From Desulfobulbus propionicus DSM 2032 (GTDB lineage: Bacteria; Desulfobacterota; Desulfobulbia; Desulfobulbales; Desulfobulbaceae), in the NCBI RefSeq assembly GCF_000186885.1, contig NC_014972.1, forward strand, positions 3,750,001 to 3,782,000: DNA of 32,000 nt, written 5' to 3'. Position 1 is the stretch's first letter, and each line of letters starts with the position of its first letter. Below the pieces are notes generated by a model, which had not been told where the DNA came from, did no database searches, and saw nothing but the letters and a program-made list of their open reading frames with translations. Positions 10,018-17,900 of this stretch are shown piece after piece. Position numbers and translations under genes: made by a program.

Positions 10018-10836
10018 TTACGCGCTCATCACCTTGGTGGACAGGCTGCTGGACTCGCCCATGGGGATAGGTGGTCCCGAGGGCCCCATGGAGGTGGGGT
10101 GGACATGGCCGGCGTACATGCCGAGAAAGGTGGTGCCCTTGATCACCGGTTCGCCGCCGCTGCCGCCCAGCAGCACCTGACTGCCCTCCAGGGTGAGCAT
10201 GCCGCTGGTGCTGACCTTGACCCCGGAACCGGTCATCTCCACCGTGTTGCCATTGGCATCCTCCAGCTTGGCGCCCTGGCTGTTGAGGGTCAGGGTGTTG
10301 CCGTTGGCGTCCTCCAAGATGATCGCCCCATTCTGCGCGTCCAAGGTGAGTTTGTCCTCGTTGTTGTCGGTCAACAGAACCTTGCCGTCCTTGTCCATCT
10401 CCAGCTTGGCCCCGGCCGAGTGGAGCAGCTGGATGGTCTCGCCGTCGTCCTTGTCTTCCAGCAGCAAGACATGGCCCTTGGCGGTGCGCAGCACCTGGGT
10501 GGTCGGCGGGTCCTGGGCTTCGGTGGGGGCATCGCCCGACTGCTGCCAGAAGGTGCCGGTCCAGATGGGAAAATCGAGGTTGCCGCCCTCGAACTCCACC
10601 CACACCTGGGCACCGACACCGGGCACGGCGAAGAACCCCTGATTGCTCAAACCGCCGCAGGGCAGGCAGGGCAGGGCCCAGCCGCTCTCGGCCTCCCCCA
10701 GCAGACTCGGCACCCGCAGCTTGACCCGGGCCAGCCGCTCCGGATCGGCGTTGTCGGTGACAAAGCCCCGGTATTTGCCGTAGGCCCGGCGTTGCCCAAG
10801 ATTCTGGGCCAGTTGCTGCTGCAGATCATCAGGCAT
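10018..10836 (-). CDS. baseplate assembly protein V (gpV)-like spike protein
   Basis: 272 aa; KYRGFVTDNADPERLARVKLRVPSLLGEAESGWALPCLP OB-fold start, WVEFEGGNLDFPIWTGTFW, then repetitive NGNTLTLNSQGAKLEDANGNTVEMTGSG beta-helix and GHVHPTSMGPSGPPIP tail. Confidence 0.88.
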   Translation of the reverse strand: MPDDLQQQLAQNLGQRRAYGKYRGFVTDNADPERLARVKLRVPSLLGEAESGWALPCLPCGGLSNQGFFAVPGVGAQVWVEFEGGNLDFPIWTGTFWQQSGDAPTEAQDPPTTQVLRTAKGHVLLLEDKDDGETIQLLHSAGAKLEMDKDGKVLLTDNNEDKLTLDAQNGAIILEDANGNTLTLNSQGAKLEDANGNTVEMTGSGVKVSTSGMLTLEGSQVLLGGSGGEPVIKGTTFLGMYAGHVHPTSMGPSGPPIPMGESSSLSTKVMSA

Positions 10837-11987
10837 CAGAGCACTCCCGCAAGCGCTCCGGCCAAGCCGGAGACGCTGTCCAGATTATCGCCATAGGCGT
10901 TGCGCAGCAGCCGAAACCGCTGCCGGTAGCCCTGGGGGGTAAAGCTATGACTGACACTGTCCACGTAATAGATGCCGGACATCCGCTCCCCCAGACCATC
11001 CACCGGCACCGGCAGGCCGGCCTGAAGCACGTGGCCGTAGAGGGTGCCGTCGAGTTCGCCCTCGCCCTGGATGCGGTGGATATCGAGATCATTGATCTTC
11101 ATCTGCGCCAGGGCCTGCAAGCGCTGGGCGTCGGCCCCGGCCTCGGCTGACATCCGCCAGACAAAGTCCTCCAGGCCGGCGGCGCTGCTGTCGGCCGGCG
11201 TGGTACCCAGCAGATGCAGGTCGGAGCGCACCGGTTCCGGCGAGTCGACGGTGTCGCCGCTGTCCGCAGGCGCATCATAGGCCACCGCATCGGGCTGGTG
11301 GCCGTCGGCCCGCACCGACAACGACAAACAGTTGGTCTCGGCGCCGGCGTAGACCATGATCGTGCCCTGGGGGTCCTCGTCCAGCCGCATGGGACCGAAA
11401 TAGACCCGCCCCTCGCGGAAGATCAGCTCGTAGCCGTTGAACTCGGCCCGGGCCTTGAGGAACTTGATGTCGGTGTCGTCCTGGGCCACGCCCACCAATC
11501 GATCCTGGCCCGGGCCGTTGTCCGGATGGGGCGACAGGCCGTAGGCCGAGAGGATGTCCATCAGCGCCAGGGTATCGCTGCTGGGCAGGTCGGCGGTGCC
11601 CCAGGTTCTGCGCTGGTGGGTCCGGTCAAGACGGATGGAGTCGTCCTGACATTCGACCCGCACCTGCGCCGCGCCCGCATCCTGCGGCGTCTCCACTCGC
11701 ACCTCGCGGATGTAGCCGCGCATGATCTCCTCTTGCCGGCTGCCGAAAGCGGCGGCAATGACGATTCGCGCCCAGGGCTCGAGGATACCGGCATCCTGCA
11801 CGGTCCAGGTGCCCTGCTCGTTGCGCCGGGTTTCCAGGGTGAGCGTTGCCGCCGCTGCCTCGGTACGGCCGCACTCCACCGTCACCTCCAGCAGAAAGGG
11901 ATAGAGTTCGCTGATCTCCACCCCATCGACGGTGATCACGCATTCGGCCGGGGCGCGCTCCTTTTGCGACAGGAGGTCGAGCAGCAT
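10836..11987 (-). CDS. phage late control gene D (gpD)/VgrG-N-like hub protein
   Basis: 383 aa; PWARIVIAAAFGSRQEEIMRGYIREVRVETPQDAGAAQVRVECQDDSIRLDRTHQRRTW and SGIYYVDSVSHSFTPQGYRQRFRLLRNAYGD; position directly upstream of gpV. Confidence 0.8.
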   Translation of the reverse strand: MLLDLLSQKERAPAECVITVDGVEISELYPFLLEVTVECGRTEAAAATLTLETRRNEQGTWTVQDAGILEPWARIVIAAAFGSRQEEIMRGYIREVRVETPQDAGAAQVRVECQDDSIRLDRTHQRRTWGTADLPSSDTLALMDILSAYGLSPHPDNGPGQDRLVGVAQDDTDIKFLKARAEFNGYELIFREGRVYFGPMRLDEDPQGTIMVYAGAETNCLSLSVRADGHQPDAVAYDAPADSGDTVDSPEPVRSDLHLLGTTPADSSAAGLEDFVWRMSAEAGADAQRLQALAQMKINDLDIHRIQGEGELDGTLYGHVLQAGLPVPVDGLGERMSGIYYVDSVSHSFTPQGYRQRFRLLRNAYGDNLDSVSGLAGALAGVL

Positions 11988-11996
11988 GGTCTCCTC

Positions 11997-12287
11997 CTAC
12001 TCCTTGGCCTTGGGGATGAGGATCACCTCGCCGGCGCGCTCGGCCAGCGAGATCTCCACCCCCGAGAGCAGATCCGGGTTGGCGTCGAGGATCCGCCACC
12101 ACAGGCGGGCATCGCTGTAGTAGTGGTGGGCCAGGAGGTCGAGCCGGTCGCCCTCCTGGATCACATGCTCCACCACGCCGATGGCCGGGCCGATCTCGCG
12201 CGGCCGGGTGCCCTTGCAGCGCACCTGGCCGCTGTCATCGGCCTCGAAACGGCGGGCCTCCTTGTAGCGGGAATTCTTGAGCAGCAT
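11997..12287 (-). CDS. LysM-domain tail protein (Afp7/gpX-like)
   Basis: 96 aa; HVIQEGDRLDLLAHHYYSDARLWWRILDANPDLLSGVEISLAERAGEVILIP is a LysM-like peptidoglycan/tail-tube attachment motif. Confidence 0.8.
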   Translation of the reverse strand: MLLKNSRYKEARRFEADDSGQVRCKGTRPREIGPAIGVVEHVIQEGDRLDLLAHHYYSDARLWWRILDANPDLLSGVEISLAERAGEVILIPKAKE

Positions 12288-12934
12288 CAGAACAGTCCTC
12301 CGATACCGGTGACGGCGGTGCGGGCGGTGTTCATCGCCGCGCCGACCACCTGGCGGATCTTTTCCACCTCGTAGAAGGGGTTGTTGCCCTCGATCACCTG
12401 CAAGCCCAGTTTGACCGTGGCCCGGTAGGGCGCAAGGTTGGGCAGGTGGGCCGATTCCCCCACCTCGATGCTCTTGAGGAACACCGGCAACACATGGGTG
12501 CCCCAGACGAGCAGCAGCACCGAGGCGGTCTGGCTGCGCTGGAAGGCACGGCTGCCGCCGAATCCCAGGCTGGCCAGGGTCTGCAGGCCACCCGGCCCCT
12601 GGGTCTTGGGCTCGACCATGCTGCGCAGGGTGTCCAGTTCCGGCTGGATGCCGATCTCCTGGGCCACTGGGTCGCCATCGTTCATCCGGTCGGTGGCGTC
12701 GATCAGGATCTCGAGGTCAAAGCTCTCGGGCTCCACCGCCACCCCCTGGGCCACCCTCGCGGTCTCGGTGGGCAGGGCAAAATCGTAGCCGCCTCGCGTG
12801 GCCGGGGTCGAGCCCAGGGTCAGGGTGACGCTGCGGTTGCGGGTCAGACTCTGGGGGTTGAAGTCAAAGGCGAGCATCAGCGGCGGCAGGGCCAGCGCGT
12901 ATTCAACCAGAAATCCTTTGATCGGCGACAACAT
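12287..12934 (-). CDS. Afp7-like CIS tube-terminal/baseplate adaptor protein
   Basis: 215 aa; FDFNPQSLTRNRSVTLTLGSTPATRGGYDFALPTETARVAQGVAVEPESFDLEILIDATDRMNDGDP...LLLVWGTHVLPVFLKSIEVGESAHLPNLAPYRATVKLGLQVIEGNNPF; location directly before the LysM protein in a CIS operon. Confidence 0.7.
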   Translation of the reverse strand: MLSPIKGFLVEYALALPPLMLAFDFNPQSLTRNRSVTLTLGSTPATRGGYDFALPTETARVAQGVAVEPESFDLEILIDATDRMNDGDPVAQEIGIQPELDTLRSMVEPKTQGPGGLQTLASLGFGGSRAFQRSQTASVLLLVWGTHVLPVFLKSIEVGESAHLPNLAPYRATVKLGLQVIEGNNPFYEVEKIRQVVGAAMNTARTAVTGIGGLF

Positions 12935-12945
12935 GGCGCTTCCTC

Positions 12946-13182
12946 CTAGGGCCTGTTCGCGGCAAGACCGCGCTGAATCGCATCGGCGATTTGATGGGCG
13001 ATGCGACGATCACTGTGGTCCGCCTCCACCTGCACCGGCCCGACGCGCAGTTGGTCGACCCGACCGAAGCCGAGATCGTCGCGCCCGGCCAGGGCCTCGC
13101 CCACCAGACGGCCAATGCGTTGGGCCCGGTGCTCGAACCCGGCAGGCAGTTGCAGGCGCAGATGGTCGATCTCAGTGGTCAT
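12946..13182 (-). CDS. small conserved-position eCIS protein of unknown function
   Basis: 78-aa ORF MTTEIDHLRLQLPAGFEHRAQRIGRLVGEALAGRDDL... overlapping the end of the ATPase gene and upstream of the Afp7-like gene; the alternative frame 12903..13115 is less compatible with operon spacing. Confidence 0.65.
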   Translation of the reverse strand: MTTEIDHLRLQLPAGFEHRAQRIGRLVGEALAGRDDLGFGRVDQLRVGPVQVEADHSDRRIAHQIADAIQRGLAANRP

Positions 13183-14527
13183 GGAGCAGCTCCCGAGGCA
13201 GATGCGCGGCCAGGGGACCCAGATCCTGGGGATTCATCTCCCGGCCCTCCTTGCCCAGTTCCCGCCACACCGCGTGGGCAAGGTGGCCAAGGCCAATGGC
13301 CACACCCTCGCCTGCGGCCAGATAGGCGGCGTGCAGGGCAGCGTTGCGGATCGAGCCGCCGGTCAGGGCCATGGCCGCGCCGAGAAAGATGGGATCCACC
13401 TCCGGGGCAAGCGGGGCCTTGGGCGGCAGCAGACGGCGCCACAGCTCGGACCGGGCAGCGGCATCGGGCCGGGGAAACTCCACCACCAGCTGGAAGCGGC
13501 GGGTGAAGGCGGAATCCAGCTGCTTGCGCAGGTTGGTGGTGAGGATGCAGGGGCCGTCATGGGCCTCGATACGGGTCAGCAGGTGGCTGACCTCCATGTT
13601 GGCGTAGCGGTCCCGGGCCTCCTTGACCTCGCCGCGCTTAGCAAAGAGGGCGTCGGCCTCGTCGAACTGGAGCACCATCGGCTGGCCGTGGGCCGCATCG
13701 AACAGCCGGTTGAGGTTCTCCTCGGTCTCGCCCACATATTTGCTCACCAGCCGTCCGAGATCGACCCGGTACAACGGCCAGCCGAGCGCACCGGCCAGCA
13801 CAGCCGCGGCAAAGGTCTTGCCCGTGCCCGACGGCCCGGTGAACAGGGCCACCGGCCCGCCCACGCTCTGACCGTGCCACAGACCGACCACGGTGTCGCG
13901 CTGCTCGATCCACAGCAGAAATTCGCGCAACATGGCCAACCGGCTCTTGGGCAGGACCAGATCGTCCCACCCGGCCTGCTGACGGACCAGGGTGGCCCCG
14001 GGCGGCGGCGGCAGATCGAGCGGCCGGCCGGTCAGCCGACCCACCAGCCAGGGTTCGGGCAGGATCGGCCGGTAGGGATCGTCCTGCTCCAGGCGCACCA
14101 GGCGGCGACGGCGCAGGGTGGATTCGGGAGCGAGAAGGCGGCGCAACTGTTCCCCTTGACCGGCATCCAGGGCCAACAGTTCCTGGATCAAGCTGCGCGT
14201 GGCCCAGGGCTGAACCGAGCCTGCCTGCAAATTCTGGAAGGACCAGCCGAGACGAGGTTCCAGTTCCGGCCCCAGGGTGCAGGCCAGGATATCGTACTCC
14301 AGCGGTTGCAGCCCGAAACCGAGCGCGGTCTCCCACACCCCCGCAGGTTCGCGCAATGTTTGCACCTCGGCTTGGAGGCGGCGCAAACTCTCCAGCTCCT
14401 CATCGCCCAGGGTCTCGCCGCGGCGGCTCTTGGCCAGGCACCAGGCGAGCAGGTCGAGACGCCGCCATTCGGCGTCCAGGGCGGGCAGGACGGAGAGTTC
14501 GGCCAGGGAGGCGTTCATGGCGCTCAC
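13172..14527 (-). CDS. AAA+ ATPase (Afp15-like) of contractile injection system
   Basis: 451 aa; Walker A GPSGTGKT, Walker B VLQFDEADALFAKR, sensor ILTTNLRKQLDSAFTRRFQ. Confidence 0.92.
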   Translation of the reverse strand: MSAMNASLAELSVLPALDAEWRRLDLLAWCLAKSRRGETLGDEELESLRRLQAEVQTLREPAGVWETALGFGLQPLEYDILACTLGPELEPRLGWSFQNLQAGSVQPWATRSLIQELLALDAGQGEQLRRLLAPESTLRRRRLVRLEQDDPYRPILPEPWLVGRLTGRPLDLPPPPGATLVRQQAGWDDLVLPKSRLAMLREFLLWIEQRDTVVGLWHGQSVGGPVALFTGPSGTGKTFAAAVLAGALGWPLYRVDLGRLVSKYVGETEENLNRLFDAAHGQPMVLQFDEADALFAKRGEVKEARDRYANMEVSHLLTRIEAHDGPCILTTNLRKQLDSAFTRRFQLVVEFPRPDAAARSELWRRLLPPKAPLAPEVDPIFLGAAMALTGGSIRNAALHAAYLAAGEGVAIGLGHLAHAVWRELGKEGREMNPQDLGPLAAHLPRELLHDH

Positions 14528-15543
14528 CCGTTAGCGAGGGTAACCAGGAGAGGATTGGAGCGGACGCGGAGCACGGTGCCGTCACTGCTGCGGGTGAAGG
14601 TCCGCTCGGCAGCGAGCAGCAACTGGCCCGGGCGGTCGTTGAACGGCAGGGGGAGGGCGGCGGCGGTCGCTGCGGCTGCAGCCTCGGGATCGATGCCGCT
14701 GTCGGTGATGACCACGGACGTCGGCGGTGCCACCTGCTGCCAGCCGCTGGCGGCCTCCCAGCTCTGCCAACACAGATCGACCGTGGCCCCTGGTTCGCCC
14801 GCCACCCAGACCTGGGGGACAAAGGCGGCCAGTTCCGGACTGCCCACGGTAAACAGCAGGCTCAGCGCGCAAGCACCATCCTGGACAAAGGCAAGGGCTG
14901 GTGTCCAGTCCTCGGTGCGGGTGTCCGGCTGCATGGCGGCCACCCGTGGCCCCTGCGCGCTGGCAGTGACCGCCTGACGGTCCAGGGTGGCTTGCACCTG
15001 CAGGCCAAGGCTGGCGGCCAGCGGCGGTTGCAGGGCCGGTTGCACCGGCACCACCGGCATGAGCGAAATTTCGTAGAGCAACGAGGGCCGGTAGATGGTA
15101 TCTCCCTGGGTGGACCACAGCTGATTGAGCTGATCGAGCCCCAGCGGCAGGAAGACCACCTGCAGATGATACTCTACATCGTCGACGTTGAGGATGAACA
15201 CCGGCCGCTCGTGGAAGATGCGACTGACCTCGCCGATCAAGCGCAGATCGTTTTCGCCGGGACCGATGGCGTCTTCCTCGGCGGCAAAGGGGGTAATCAG
15301 GCAGAAGGCGCGCAGCCAGCCGGTTGCACCCGGCAGGGTGTCGGGGAAGAGTCCAGCAGGTTCAAAGCGGTGGAAGAAGAGGTTGAGTCGGTGGTCGCTG
15401 TCGCCGGCACCAGCCGAGGCGGTTTCCGCCGGCGTGGCCAGCACCACCGTGACCTTGCTGCGGTCAGGAGCGTTGATCTCGCTGTCAAGATAGGCGCGAA
15501 GACCCTTGCAGACCTGGGAGATCGGAGACGGTGCCAGTGCCAT
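14524..15543 (-). CDS. DUF4255/Pvc16-family protein (tail completion/terminator-like)
   Basis: 339 aa; SQVCKGLRAYLDSEIN...LNLFFHRFEPAG...WLRAFCLITPFAAEE...ENDLRLIGEVSRIFHERPVF is typical of the Pvc16 N-terminal domain. Confidence 0.8.
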   Translation of the reverse strand: MALAPSPISQVCKGLRAYLDSEINAPDRSKVTVVLATPAETASAGAGDSDHRLNLFFHRFEPAGLFPDTLPGATGWLRAFCLITPFAAEEDAIGPGENDLRLIGEVSRIFHERPVFILNVDDVEYHLQVVFLPLGLDQLNQLWSTQGDTIYRPSLLYEISLMPVVPVQPALQPPLAASLGLQVQATLDRQAVTASAQGPRVAAMQPDTRTEDWTPALAFVQDGACALSLLFTVGSPELAAFVPQVWVAGEPGATVDLCWQSWEAASGWQQVAPPTSVVITDSGIDPEAAAAATAAALPLPFNDRPGQLLLAAERTFTRSSDGTVLRVRSNPLLVTLANG

Positions 15544-15544
15544 A

Positions 15545-16570
15545 TCAGAGCCGTTTCAAATAATTGCGGCTGACAAAGCCGGTATCGGTCCGGGCCGTGG
15601 TCCCGGACCGGGTTGCAGGTGACCCGTTGCTGACCACCACCACATCGATCCGCCCGATCACCAGGTGCGGTGGCTGTTCCTCTGAAGCGCGGGGTGGCGC
15701 ATAATCCATCGGCACCCCCATCCCGTCTTCTCCGGACAAGGGGGGCACAGGGGGAGCGCTGCGCATGGGTCGCGACGTCGCGCCGACCTCTCCCCATGGG
15801 CCATCGCTCCGCTCCGGTGCCATCGTCGGAACCTGCATGCCGCCACCAGCTTGCGGCGGATGGATATTCTCCCCGCCGCCCGCGAAACCGGGGAACGGCA
15901 CACCTGTGGACCGATGGGCATCCGTGCCCTCCGGTCGTTCGGCTGCCGTTGTCCCCGGTTGTCCCGATCTCAGGGGGGTGACCGGTGCGGAAAAAGAATC
16001 AGAAGGGGCGCCCTGACCCGAAGCCCGACTCTGGTACGTTTCTTCTCGTTCGCTAACAAATCGCCCACTGCCTTCTGGGAGTCGGGACTTATGCGTCTGA
16101 TGAACGGGATCCGATTCGACTGGCCCAGGCACAACAACTGACTGGTGCGTCCTCGATTCGGCGATCATCTCGGCTGCCGTTCTCTTGCCTGGACTTCCAT
16201 GATTGACCTGTCCTGTTGCCAGTTCGTTCCCTCGATTATCGCCCAAAACGGAAATGATGTCGCGGTTGCCGTTGACATCCTTGGCAGAAAAGTCTGGTTT
16301 CTCAACCTCGCTCCCCACTGACAAAGGGTCACCGGCCGGAAGATCGGATTCTCCCACCCCCAACCGGAATGACGCCTCTCGGGACCCACCCTCCATCACT
16401 GGAGAAGGCCCCCCCTTCTGAAATCTGAAAATCGTGGTCATGCCGGATGGCGCGGCCGGTTCAAGCGGCTCCTCTTCCGGCGTCTCCACCTCCGGCAGCA
16501 TCTCGCGGCGCACCCATGTGCCTGGAAGGGGCCTGCGGGCATCGCGGATGGTGTCGTCGAACAAACCCAT
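15545..16570 (-). CDS. low-complexity, probably disordered eCIS-operon protein
   Basis: 341 aa rich in Gly/Pro/Ser/Glu with a C-terminal HLVIGRIDVVVVSN...TGFVSRNYLKRL segment; 1-nt gaps to both operon neighbours. Confidence 0.7.
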   Translation of the reverse strand: MGLFDDTIRDARRPLPGTWVRREMLPEVETPEEEPLEPAAPSGMTTIFRFQKGGPSPVMEGGSREASFRLGVGESDLPAGDPLSVGSEVEKPDFSAKDVNGNRDIISVLGDNRGNELATGQVNHGSPGKRTAAEMIAESRTHQSVVVPGPVESDPVHQTHKSRLPEGSGRFVSEREETYQSRASGQGAPSDSFSAPVTPLRSGQPGTTAAERPEGTDAHRSTGVPFPGFAGGGENIHPPQAGGGMQVPTMAPERSDGPWGEVGATSRPMRSAPPVPPLSGEDGMGVPMDYAPPRASEEQPPHLVIGRIDVVVVSNGSPATRSGTTARTDTGFVSRNYLKRL

Positions 16571-16571
16571 A

Positions 16572-17363
16572 TCAGCTCACCATGCCCCGACTGTGGTCGA
16601 TCATCTCCAGGTAGCGCTGGCGCCGGCTGTGCGGCAGGCCCAGGATCTCGGCCTCGCTCCAGTGGTAGTGGAGCGCGATCCGGTGCACCTGCGCGAGGAG
16701 GTTATCGCTCTGCCGGCGCACCACCCGGTAGGGATCAAGATCAACGGCCGTATTGGCGCCGCATTCCGGACAACAGGCCTGTACCTGAACCACCACCGCC
16801 GGGGCCACCCGTTCCAGAGCAGCCTCCACCGAATCGACGAGGGAACCGTCCACTTCATCCAGTGGCGCGGGATCGCACGCCAACCGCTGCAGCAGCCAGC
16901 CGCGTGCCCGATCATCGGGGATGCGAGTCAGTCCCTCCTGGTCACGGCCGGTGGGCAGGCGGAAGCGCAGGGTGCGTCCCTGGTGTTCAACCGTGGCCCA
17001 GGGGTAGCCCGCGCCCGCCTCCTGCACCGGCAACTCAGCGTAGTCGAGATGAAAATCAAACCGGGCTGCACAGGCGGTGCAGTCGGCGTGGAACCAGCCG
17101 CCGGAAAAGCCGAGATACCGTTCCAGCTCGCGCATGAGGAACTGGCGGTCGGCAACGCACAGGGATGCGGCCCGCTCCTCGCTCATTGGCTGTCCGCCCA
17201 ACTCCCTCAGGGCCAGGGCCAGGATCCGGGTGACCGCCTCGGGGGTGCTGGCCGCCAGGGCCGCGGTCTCGGTCAAGGCAAGCTCAAGGCTGCCCGACAC
17301 CGGCTGGAACCGGTACTGCCGCTGCCGCTTTCCCCCTTCGATCAAGCCGCCCGGAAGCTGCAT
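16572..17363 (-). CDS. T4 gp51/gp26-like baseplate hub assembly chaperone with Cys-pair metal-binding motifs
   Basis: 263 aa; N-terminal MQLPGGL, CTACAARFDF and CCPECGANTAVDLDPY cysteine pairs, C-terminal LLAQVHRIALHYHWSEAEILGLPHSRRQRYLEMID; AGGAGG upstream. Confidence 0.65.
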   Translation of the reverse strand: MQLPGGLIEGGKRQRQYRFQPVSGSLELALTETAALAASTPEAVTRILALALRELGGQPMSEERAASLCVADRQFLMRELERYLGFSGGWFHADCTACAARFDFHLDYAELPVQEAGAGYPWATVEHQGRTLRFRLPTGRDQEGLTRIPDDRARGWLLQRLACDPAPLDEVDGSLVDSVEAALERVAPAVVVQVQACCPECGANTAVDLDPYRVVRRQSDNLLAQVHRIALHYHWSEAEILGLPHSRRQRYLEMIDHSRGMVS

Positions 17364-17375
17364 GGAAACCTCCTC

Positions 17376-17885
17376 TTAGGTCTCGGTCGGCTCGACCACC
17401 GCCGTATCGCGCTGCCAGCCCTCGTGCTGCAGGGTGATGGTCTGGATGCCGACCGCGTTCATGGCCCCCGCATCCATCTCCGGCAGGGCCTGATACTCGG
17501 ACACCCAGGCCCGGAACAGTTTGTAGGAGATGGCCACTGTGCCTTGGAGGTTGAGGACGTTGATGACGATGTCCTTGCGGAAATTCTTGAGCGACATGGC
17601 CGCGTCACCCTCGATGTTGTTGACCAGGTTGGCCCAGTTCTCGAACACCGGGTCGTGCGACAAGCCCTGCTCCAGGGTAATGGGCTCGTAGCTGGTGCCG
17701 CCGGGGAGAATGCGTTCCTTGCTCGGGTCGCCGGCGGCGCGCCATTTGACCGCCTCGGTCTTGCGCTTGAGGGCGCCCATTTTCTTCAAGCCGGCCACCG
17801 GCTTGCCGTCGATCAGGATCTGGAACTTGAAGGTCCGGTAGGGATCGTAACGATGGGCGTTGACAGGAAAGGTGGGAGCAGCCAT
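17376..17885 (-). CDS. tail tube (inner tube) protein, gp19/Afp1/Afp5-like
   Basis: 169 aa; DPYRTFKFQILIDGKPVAGLKKMGALKRKTEAVKWRAAGDPSKERILPGGTSYEPITLEQGLSHDPVFENWANLV...TYSVYKLFRAWVSEYQALPEMDA-type CIS tube pattern; AAGGAGG SD. Confidence 0.92.
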   Translation of the reverse strand: MAAPTFPVNAHRYDPYRTFKFQILIDGKPVAGLKKMGALKRKTEAVKWRAAGDPSKERILPGGTSYEPITLEQGLSHDPVFENWANLVNNIEGDAAMSLKNFRKDIVINVLNLQGTVAISYKLFRAWVSEYQALPEMDAGAMNAVGIQTITLQHEGWQRDTAVVEPTET

Positions 17886-17900
17886 TTCTATGCCTCCTTA

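Noticed and set aside
9977-10603. Minus-strand 208-aa ORF overlapping the gpV-like gene
   Set aside because: Out-of-frame relative to the gpV-like protein with clear OB-fold and spike motifs.
13001-14977. Plus-strand 658-aa ORF opposite the AAA+ ATPase
   Set aside because: Antisense to a convincing Walker A/B ATPase; composition typical of GC-driven spurious ORFs.
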